From the NCBI GenBank assembly GCA_027460535.1, contig JAPZAR010000021.1:1-32000 (forward strand): DNA of 32,000 nucleotides, read 5' to 3'. The translations under genes and the position numbers were made by a program. The first letter of the stretch is position 1. Each line of letters starts with the position of its first letter. Origin of the DNA: Candidatus Methanoperedens sp. Its GTDB lineage: Archaea; Halobacteriota; Methanosarcinia; Methanosarcinales; Methanoperedenaceae. Under the pieces are notes generated by a model. The model worked only from the letters and a program-made list of their open reading frames with translations, made no database searches and was not told where the DNA came from. Below are positions 7,777 through 14,227 of the stretch, piece by piece.

Positions 7777-8535
7777 ATGGGTGATATTTCAAACATAGCT
7801 GGTTTTTTCAAAGAGACAATTATTTCAACAATATTATTTATATTTATTTTTGGAATATATAATAAGGAAAAAAATATACTTAAAGAAAAATCTGAATCAT
7901 TCAAAACAGAAATATTAGATAAATTTTTGATAAATTCGACTTTCGAATTAGAAACAATTGAAAATAAACAGAGAGATAGATTTTTTGAAAAAGTAATGTC
8001 CTATAAAAATAAGACGATGAGCAAGGAACTGATAGAAGAAATTACTGATGTTTTAGAACACTTTTCAAATGAATTTCCCGATAGAAGAAAATTTGAGAAT
8101 TATTTAACAGATTTTCAAAATAAAACATCTAATATATATTTTGTCTGGAGAGATTTAATATCAAACACGTTTTATAGTTGGATTAGTCTTGTAATTTTTT
8201 TTGTAATTTTTTCTGCGATTTTTATCATATTTCGAATTAGTGACAGCCTATATACACCATTGGCTTCTGGTTTTTTTTTATTATTCTTGTTCAATATTTT
8301 CTATAGTATAAGTTTCATACGATTTCATTTTTTTGGGGACATAGATATTTTTCTGAATTATAAAAATAAAGAAGAAACTATGAAGCTATTAAAAATAGAA
8401 TTTGATCGATTTGTCGCAATTAAAAGAAGAAATGAAAAGATAAAAAATTTTCTTAAAAAACCCAAAAAGAGTATTAACAGCAACTACCACGAAATGAAAC
8501 ATCTTAATTATTACACATGGCTTACTCGTCAATAA
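7777..8535 (+). CDS. AT-rich hypothetical membrane protein (252 aa)
   Basis: A 759-nt ORF in DNA of about one quarter G+C (16/60 in the first 60 nt I counted) is very unlikely by chance. It has an N-terminal TM (IISTILFIFIFGIY), a charged helical middle, two more TMs and a Lys-rich tail. The last approximately 22 codons lie inside repeat 8463-8887. Confidence 0.65.
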   Translation: MGDISNIAGFFKETIISTILFIFIFGIYNKEKNILKEKSESFKTEILDKFLINSTFELETIENKQRDRFFEKVMSYKNKTMSKELIEEITDVLEHFSNEFPDRRKFENYLTDFQNKTSNIYFVWRDLISNTFYSWISLVIFFVIFSAIFIIFRISDSLYTPLASGFFLLFLFNIFYSISFIRFHFFGDIDIFLNYKNKEETMKLLKIEFDRFVAIKRRNEKIKNFLKKPKKSINSNYHEMKHLNYYTWLTRQ

Positions 8536-8887
8536 TCTAAATTTATTTAACTGTGATACTCTTCGAGTTAATTGAATAACATATCGCTCCAAAGCCCATG
8601 CTGACGATCAGGATCAATCCTCCGGCAAAAGGAATTAGAAATTGATGTTTAGAATAATGAACCCGGTGATAAATATCCATATATCGCTGGTCTTGAACTT
8701 AAAAAGGTCTACAAACCTTCTGCCTGCAGCGAACTACACAAAAGAAGTGATAGCATCAGCGCTATCATAAAAAGCATTCCTGAAATTACCGCAACCGGAA
8801 GACCAATAACAGTTACAGCGATCAAAATTATTAAAACTGCTGCTACAATGATGAAAACAAAACCTGCTACTGCTTTCACAATTGTAG
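8463..8887. repeat. direct repeat copy X (diverged duplicate of 11365-11806)
   Basis: Hand alignment gives roughly 85-90 percent identity with a few indels. The offset is 2902 nt at the left end and 2919 nt at the right end. Confidence 0.85.
8543..8887 (-). pseudogene. frameshifted 3' fragment of the beta-helix membrane protein gene (C-terminal TM domain only)
   Basis: The minus-strand translation EFATIVKAVAGFVFIIVAAVLIILIAVTVIGLPVAVISGMLFMIALML matches the C-terminal region of ORF 11445-12467. A 1-nt deletion near 8748-8749 then shifts the frame into TAG at 8711-8709. The ancestral stop is still recognisable at 8543-8545. Confidence 0.8.
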
Positions 8888-8969
8888 CGAACTCTTCTTT
8901 ATTTGCATCGTCAGCGTTTTAATTCAGGGGCAGAGATTCAAATGAGAAAAAATGTTTTGGGGCAAGCAG

Positions 8970-9251
8970 TTAAGCCGTCTGCTCCATACTTGATTTTTCA
9001 GCAACTGCTACATACTCTGCAAAAGATTTTGATTCCGGAATGGGTAACTTATCCTCCATCAATCCATGTATATGCATTTCAATAGCTTCATACATGTTCT
9101 TTTCAGCTTCTTCACGGGTTGCGCCTGTAGCCACACAGCCCTGTAAGTCCGGCGAATATGCCGAGTAGTTATTATTTGCTTTTTCAATCACAACAAGGAA
9201 ACGATACATACCATCAGCTTTTAGCAATTTTATGATTTCGCGTATTTTCAT
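8970..9251 (-). CDS. hicB: HicB-family antitoxin carrying a 14-codon HicA-like leader
   Basis: Residues 15-93 (MYRFLVVIEKANNNYSAYSPDLQGCVATGATREEAEKNMYEAIEMHIHGL) are typical HicB/UPF0150. Residues 1-14 (MKIREIIKLLKADG) are the typical N-terminus of HicA/YcfA toxins. The internal ATG is at 9209-9207. Confidence 0.8.
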   Translation of the reverse strand: MKIREIIKLLKADGMYRFLVVIEKANNNYSAYSPDLQGCVATGATREEAEKNMYEAIEMHIHGLMEDKLPIPESKSFAEYVAVAEKSSMEQTA

Positions 9252-9382
9252 TGTAAATCTATCTTTATGGCTATTTAAGCAATTCTATATCAACCTTCAT
9301 GACCCAATAATGTAGGGAGATGCATAAGGGTTTCTATTGCTTTATTCGTTGTTCTGGTTTTTAGCTAATCGGAGGAAGATCG

Positions 9383-9747
9383 ATGAAATTAAAAGACGTT
9401 GAGATTGTAATTATGAGCGATGAAGAATACGGAGAGCATCTAAACCAATTATTTGAAAGAGTCAAACGCGGCGAGCCCCATAAGATAATAGCGCGCACGG
9501 CAGAGGATATCGGAAAGATATTAACCCGAGAGCGCCTGCGCTTACTTTCGATTATCAGGGAGAAGAGGCTAGAATCTATCAGTGAGCTGGCAAGGATACT
9601 AAAACGCAAGGAATCAAATGTGCATAATGACCTCACGTTCCTGGAAGGTATCGGGCTCTTGAGCTTAAGGAAGGGAAAAATCACGTCAAGAAAGTGCCTG
9701 TTGTTGACTATGATGCGCTGCATATTACGGTACCGCTATTTGTTTAG
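9383..9747 (+). pseudogene. winged-helix DNA-binding protein (TA-antitoxin-like HTH family), apparently frameshifted
   Basis: The N-terminal 92 aa fit the family (LTRERLRLLSIIREKRLESISELARILKRKESNVHNDLTFLEGIGLL). The expected C-terminus ELKEGKNHVKKVPVVDYDALHITVPLFV* is in another frame (9661-9747). The annotated frame instead runs on to 9820 with a non-protein-like tail. Confidence 0.65.
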
Positions 9748-9853
9748 TTCACTTCCTTCGGACCTCGAAAATGATCAAGTAAGGCACTATACTGATTTGC
9801 TGATATATTCAAACCGATAATCAAGCGAATCTCAGGCGCAGGATTTTCTTTAA

Positions 9854-9877
9854 AATATAAAAAATATTTTTTATATT
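9854..9877. promoter_or_regulatory. perfect 24-bp AT palindrome upstream of the relBE-like pair
   Basis: aatataaaaaatattttttatatt is self-complementary at all 12 pairs. Each arm is TATA-box-like. It lies 87 nt upstream of ATG 9964. Confidence 0.4.
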
Positions 9878-9963
9878 AATTAAAATAGCTTTAATCTTTT
9901 CATTTGGCTATACCTTTGACATCAATACAAATCTTTAAAATCTATGAAATTCTATTTACTCTC

Positions 9964-10188
9964 ATGGATTCTGCTGCTAATCTGGATGAATTGAAATTAG
10001 AATTAAAAAGGGAGCTCCGGCAAGAGATTCTGACAGAGGTTCTGGATATAATTCGAGACGAGTTTTATCCTCCTGAAGAAAAAATTCGCAAAGAATTTAT
10101 AAAAAAAGTTGAAGAAGCTGAACGCAGGGTAAAAGAAGGCAGGTTCTCAAAATATACCCCGGAAGAGTTTGAAAAAAGGTTTCTTTGA
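9964..10188 (+). CDS. archaeal RelB-like antitoxin
   Basis: Small charged helical protein (MDSAANLDELKLELKRELRQEILTEVLDIIRDEFYPPEEKI...) directly upstream of, and abutting, a RelE-family gene. The ORF track starts at TTG 9904, but that adds a hydrophobic 20-aa extension. A tttaaaa TATA-like element is centred about 27 nt before ATG 9964. Confidence 0.65.
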   Translation: MDSAANLDELKLELKRELRQEILTEVLDIIRDEFYPPEEKIRKEFIKKVEEAERRVKEGRFSKYTPEEFEKRFL

Positions 10189-10190
10189 TC

Positions 10191-10454
10191 ATGCCTTATA
10201 CAATTCAAATTGAGACCGCCCTGGAGATAACTCTGGATAAACTCAAAAAGAAGGATAATTCTATTTATCAGAGGATAATCCACAAAATATTAGAAATTAG
10301 TAAAAATCCCGAACTGGGCAAGCCCCTCCGAAACGTGTTAAAAGGTAAAAGGAGAGTTCATGTTGGTTCATTTGTTCTTTTTTATTCGATTGACAAGAAA
10401 AACGAGATTGTGACTTTCCTTCAGTTCGAACATCACAATAAAGCATATCGATAA
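10191..10454 (+). CDS. relE: RelE/ParE-family type II toxin
   Basis: GKPLRNVLKGKRRVHVGSFVLFYSIDKKNEIVTFLQFEHHNKAY matches the RelE/ParE C-terminal pattern (RxxVGdYRviYxid....v.il.i.HR). The ATG is 2 nt after the antitoxin stop. Confidence 0.85.
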   Translation: MPYTIQIETALEITLDKLKKKDNSIYQRIIHKILEISKNPELGKPLRNVLKGKRRVHVGSFVLFYSIDKKNEIVTFLQFEHHNKAYR

Positions 10455-10854
10455 TATGCGCCTGAAGTTTGGTTTTTGTAGTTAGGTTGTTCTGGATTCC
10501 TATAGCCTTTTGAGAGCATGAAAAACGCCTATCGTTATCAGTCCCGGAAGCCCGATTAAGATCGGGAGCATCAACGGTTGGCACATGAGAATTCCTATCG
10601 CTTTTCTGGTTGTTCGGGATTTTGACGCCGCATGGTAGCAGTATAGAGGGGTTAAGCGCATGTACGGGGTTTGTGACCTGTTCCATCAATTAAATTTCTA
10701 ATCATAATAATAAGTACAATTATTATATATATGAATAAATATATACGTTCAAACGATTCATTAATTTATGGTGGATAGGTCGCCGCTTATGAATGAGAGT
10801 GCCTCCTGTCCACAAATTGTATCATAAGATTCCTTCAGGAGTGAAAAGATAATC

Positions 10855-11073
10855 ATGATAAATGAAAAAGTTAAAGAACTTATACACCCTGACAACTTTA
10901 TCTTTGTCGTGCCAGTGATTACGATAATTTTATCACTTGTATTACTATTCTATATGAGGGGATACAATGCATGGGGCAATCCACGGCTTTTCTTTCTTGT
11001 TTTGGTAGTAACGGGAGTCTTGTATATACAAACGGTTAGAATCATAAAAAAAACATATTTTATAAAAAATTAA
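10855..11073 (+). CDS. small 2-TM membrane protein (72 aa)
   Basis: Hydrophobic segments FIFVVPVITIILSLVLLFY and LFFLVLVVTGVLYI in an AT-rich context. No motif recognised. Confidence 0.45.
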   Translation: MINEKVKELIHPDNFIFVVPVITIILSLVLLFYMRGYNAWGNPRLFFLVLVVTGVLYIQTVRIIKKTYFIKN

Positions 11074-11091
11074 GGAGGTTATCAGGGAAAT

Positions 11092-11295
11092 ATGCGTGAT
11101 TCATTTATTTGGACATACGACAATAAACAGTTACTGGAATTCGCTTTGATTTATTTTGGATTTGGAATTGTATTAAACTTTTCCTATGGTCTGTATACAA
11201 TGAGTCTTAATCATCTCTCAAACGGGATTCTACTCGGTATAGTTTCTCTTGGAATAAGTAGAATCATAGTACTTAAAGAAAAAATGGATGCATGA
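11092..11295 (+). CDS. small 2-TM membrane protein (67 aa)
   Basis: A strong aggagg sequence lies 9 nt upstream of the ATG. Hydrophobic segments LLEFALIYFGFGIVLNF and GILLGIVSLGISRIIVL. Confidence 0.5.
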   Translation: MRDSFIWTYDNKQLLEFALIYFGFGIVLNFSYGLYTMSLNHLSNGILLGIVSLGISRIIVLKEKMDA

Positions 11296-11364
11296 TAAAC
11301 GGCTTATCCTCTTCAGTCACAAATCCCGTACGATGTATGAGGCCTGTATAGCCGTTTTTTTTAG

Positions 11365-11806
11365 CAAAAATAGTATTAACAGCAGCCACTACGGAATGAA
11401 ACATCTCAAATATTACCCATGGCTCACTCGTCAATAATCTAGATTTATCTAACGGTGGTTATGCTCCTCCAGTTCTCCCTCACCGAATAACATATCGCTC
11501 CAAAGCCCAGGCTGACCGCTATGATCAGGATCAATCCTCCGACAAATGGAATTAGATATATAATGTTTAGAATAATGAACCCGGTGATAAAAATCAATAT
11601 ATCGCTGGTCTTGAACTTGAAAAGGTCTACAAACTTTCTGCCTACAGCGAACGATACAAAAGAAGTAGATAGCATCAGCGCTATCATGAAAAGCATTCCT
11701 GAAATTACCGCAACCGGAAGACCAATAAAGGTTACAGCGATTAAAATTATTAAAACTGCTGCTACAATTATGAAAACAAAACCCGCTACTGTTTTTACAA
11801 TCGTAG
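11365..11806. repeat. direct repeat copy Y (intact copy; partner of 8463-8887)
   Basis: Covers the last approximately 120 codons of ORF 11445-12467 plus about 80 nt downstream of its stop. Confidence 0.85.
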
Positions 11807-12467
11807 ATTTCATTATTTCCTCTTCAACTTTAAAAAATTGCGCCGGGAATAATTTAATCAGGATTATGCCAAGTATCAGGAATCCAACAGTAAAAAGAAT
11901 CCGAAATACGCCAACTATCGCCTTAAAACGCTGCGAAACTTCACTTCGCTTAAAGTCTACGCTGCCCGCACTTCCGGTGTTTTGAAAATTTTCACTTCTC
12001 ACTGTCAGGTTGCCGTTGATCCTGCCTGCATTGTTGACCCTGCCGCCTGAAATGAATGCATCTTTGGTTATGGTAGCAGTAGAATGGATGTTGACATTAC
12101 CCCCCGAAATTACGATGTTTTTTGCGCTGCCTTTCAGATCAATATTTCCCCCGGCAGCTACGATTTTTCCTTTGACATCGGAGTTTATCGATATCTGGCC
12201 GCCAGCAACAAAGACATCTCCGTTCACAGGCGCGTTGATATTAATTGTACCCCCGGCAATTACGACCCCGGCTACAGGAGCGTTGATGTCTATGATGCCG
12301 CCCGTCGCAAAAATATCGTCATCCACCGGGGAATCGACAGATACCTGATCTCCAGATAACATTCGTAATGCCTGGGCACCTGAAGCAAGTAGAAGAATTG
12401 ATATAAATAAGATAATAAATTGATGTAGGAATTTGTATCCATTTCTTCTTAAAGTCTGAGGAAGCAT
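11445..12467 (-). CDS. membrane-anchored beta-helix repeat protein (bactofilin/DUF583-like repeats)
   Basis: N-terminal signal or TM segment (FIILFISILLLASGAQA). About 17-aa repeats with a GG-x-I/V-x-I/V-N pattern (VIAGGTININA, VFVAGGQISINS, IVAAGGNIDLKG, IVISGGNVNIHS). C-terminal block of about 4 TM helices. Confidence 0.75.
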   Translation of the reverse strand: MLPQTLRRNGYKFLHQFIILFISILLLASGAQALRMLSGDQVSVDSPVDDDIFATGGIIDINAPVAGVVIAGGTININAPVNGDVFVAGGQISINSDVKGKIVAAGGNIDLKGSAKNIVISGGNVNIHSTATITKDAFISGGRVNNAGRINGNLTVRSENFQNTGSAGSVDFKRSEVSQRFKAIVGVFRILFTVGFLILGIILIKLFPAQFFKVEEEIMKSTIVKTVAGFVFIIVAAVLIILIAVTFIGLPVAVISGMLFMIALMLSTSFVSFAVGRKFVDLFKFKTSDILIFITGFIILNIIYLIPFVGGLILIIAVSLGFGAICYSVRENWRSITTVR

Positions 12468-12578
12468 ACACTGATCACTCCATTTACTAATTTTACTATG
12501 TCAGCATTAAACCTTTCTATTGTGCATTTGAGACTTTTCAATTATTCTGGATAAATGAGAGCCTTCCGGGATAATCAA

Positions 12579-12643
12579 CCACAGAGGACACAGAGAACAC
12601 GGAGAGTTGTAACGTTTCTCTGTGTCCTCCGTGATCTCTGTGG
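12579..12643. repeat. palindromic CACAGAG/CTCTGTG intergenic element, copy B
   Basis: CCACAGAG-GACACAGAGA-ACACGGAG ... TCTCTGTGTC-CTCCGTGAT-CTCTGTGG, followed by TTTTT at 12644-12648. It sits between the purP stop (12673) and the start of the beta-helix gene (12467). Confidence 0.75.
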
Positions 12644-12672
12644 TTTTTCAAACCAATATAAAGTCTCGAGAA

Positions 12673-13827
12673 TCACGTCACTATCTCTTCCACCCTCTCC
12701 TGCTCGATGGCCCTCCGTATCTCCATCGCCGCGCGCCGGCCCGTGCTCATGGGTCTTCGCCACAGGGTATTCCCGTACGGGTGCCCCACAGAGACGTGCA
12801 CGTTCGTGCCCCCGCCCACGCGGGGCGCCACATCATACACATAAAAATTCAGATCTTTGTCCACGCAGGTCTGGAGGCAGAACGGCCCTATGATGCCGGG
12901 CTTGTAGTATTTCTGCGTGGCCTTTACATATTTTTCAGCGAGATCAAAAGCATCCTCAAGAAGCGATTCACGCAGCGTTGCTGAATTGTGGCCGCACACC
13001 GTATATTCAGGCATGATCTGCCGCTCATTGAGTGTCATCTGCTGGGGTGCTGGCAGGCGCACATGCCCGTCAAGGCTCGTTTCGAAGCGCCAGTCGATGC
13101 CCAGCAGTTCTATTTTATTCATCTCTTCTTCAAGGGGTGAGTAGAACATGTCAAGATTGAAAACCGGACCGATGATGTAACGCTCGATCCTCGCATCGGC
13201 AAGTGCCTCCCGGGTGATTATCCCCTGCTTCAGGAAGGCCCCTGATTTTTGTTTGAACTCTGAATACGATGCTGCTGTGAAAAACCCGCGCTCAAGTTTC
13301 TTCACTGCATGCGGGAGCTTTACCATGACAAGACTGTCGATGTCCTCAGGTTTTTCGATCTTCTCCGGATAAGGAAGCCCGGCCTTTTCAAGCAGCCAGT
13401 AATAATCCCGCTCGATGCCCCGCTCCTCGCTGCGAAGCAGGTTGCGGCTCCCGAACATCGGCACTTTGAAATCGTCTTCGATTTCATCTATCCCGCAATA
13501 AGAGGTGAATGAGCGGTTCGGAATGAAAATCGTATTCTTATCACGAAGTTTCTGTTGATTCTCTGGCTTCAGAATTTCATTGAACTTTGTATAAACATCG
13601 GTTGTATCCACGATCCCGCGTATGAGCTTTCCGTTCTCCCGCTGCGCCTTGAAGTATTCTGCATACGTCTTTTCGCGCCCTTTCTCACAAACTGCATGTG
13701 TCCTGAGTCCTTCTTCCACAGCCCCGTCGCAGACATCGAGCGCGGAGTGAGATGCAAGGACGCCGATTGTGGTTTCACTCAAATCATAGTTTGACAGAAC
13801 TTCTATTATTTCCGGTCTCTCAATCAT
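12673..13827 (-). CDS. purP: 5-formaminoimidazole-4-carboxamide ribonucleotide (FAICAR) synthetase
   Basis: 384 aa. The N-terminus IGVLASHSALDVCDGAVEEGL, the ATP-grasp-like body and the overall length match archaeal PurP. Confidence 0.88.
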   Translation of the reverse strand: MIERPEIIEVLSNYDLSETTIGVLASHSALDVCDGAVEEGLRTHAVCEKGREKTYAEYFKAQRENGKLIRGIVDTTDVYTKFNEILKPENQQKLRDKNTIFIPNRSFTSYCGIDEIEDDFKVPMFGSRNLLRSEERGIERDYYWLLEKAGLPYPEKIEKPEDIDSLVMVKLPHAVKKLERGFFTAASYSEFKQKSGAFLKQGIITREALADARIERYIIGPVFNLDMFYSPLEEEMNKIELLGIDWRFETSLDGHVRLPAPQQMTLNERQIMPEYTVCGHNSATLRESLLEDAFDLAEKYVKATQKYYKPGIIGPFCLQTCVDKDLNFYVYDVAPRVGGGTNVHVSVGHPYGNTLWRRPMSTGRRAAMEIRRAIEQERVEEIVT

Positions 13828-14061
13828 AACTCACTTGTAGGTTTTTTATGTCTAAAAGGTTGCGATATTATAATTGTAAAGGCCTGATACGAAATACTTA
13901 TACTTCATCACATTGATTTTATAATATAATATGACTGCAATCAGAACAAAACCGAGGGCTCCAGAAAAAGTTAAAATGTTCATCGAGATAGCAAAACTTC
14001 GAGTACAGGAAGGAGTGATTTTTGAAGGAAATAGAATTAAAGAGGTTTTGCCTTGGGAGAA

Positions 14062-14199
14062 TTGAGCAATAAATTCAGAATTTTAGCTGAAATAAGTGAG
14101 AGACTTCCAGGAGAGAAAAAGCCCATTCTGGTTGGAGGTAGCGCGGTAGAATTTTATACAAGGGGTACGTCCCTTGAATTTATAAGTCCCATGATCTGA
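14062..14199 (+). pseudogene. possible truncated nucleotidyltransferase-like fragment
   Basis: A 45-codon ORF (LSNKFRILAEISERLPGEKKPILVGGSAVEFYTRG...) resembles the N-terminus of small NTase-fold proteins and stops 28 nt before the thrB stop. It overlaps by 4 nt (TTGA) a 44-codon ORF at 13931-14065. Confidence 0.25.
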
Positions 14200-14227
14200 A
14201 TCGAAGACGGGATCATAATATACCTAT

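Noticed and set aside
8389-9085. ORFs 8389-8592 (-) and 8903-9085 (+)
   Set aside because: Both lie across the repeat or pseudogene fragment or antisense to hicB. Their frames do not correspond to the homologous coding frame.
9361-9723. 120-aa minus-strand ORF
   Set aside because: It is antisense to the HTH gene, whose plus-strand reading matches a known family.
10297-10689. 130-aa minus-strand ORF
   Set aside because: Its 3' half overlaps the well-supported relE gene in antisense. The remaining 235 bp (10455-10689) has no recognisable product, although its somewhat higher GC hints at a gene remnant that I cannot identify.
12010-12359. Plus-strand ORFs 12010-12348 and 12084-12359
   Set aside because: They are antisense to the repetitive beta-helix coding region. 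Repetitive GGN/ATN codon patterns keep other frames open by chance.
12555-13144. Plus-strand ORFs 12555-12893, 12622-12984, 12917-13144 and minus-strand ORF 12575-12763
   Set aside because: They run through the palindromic element and antisense to purP. The translations are Arg/Pro/Ser-rich. purP is unambiguous on the minus strand.
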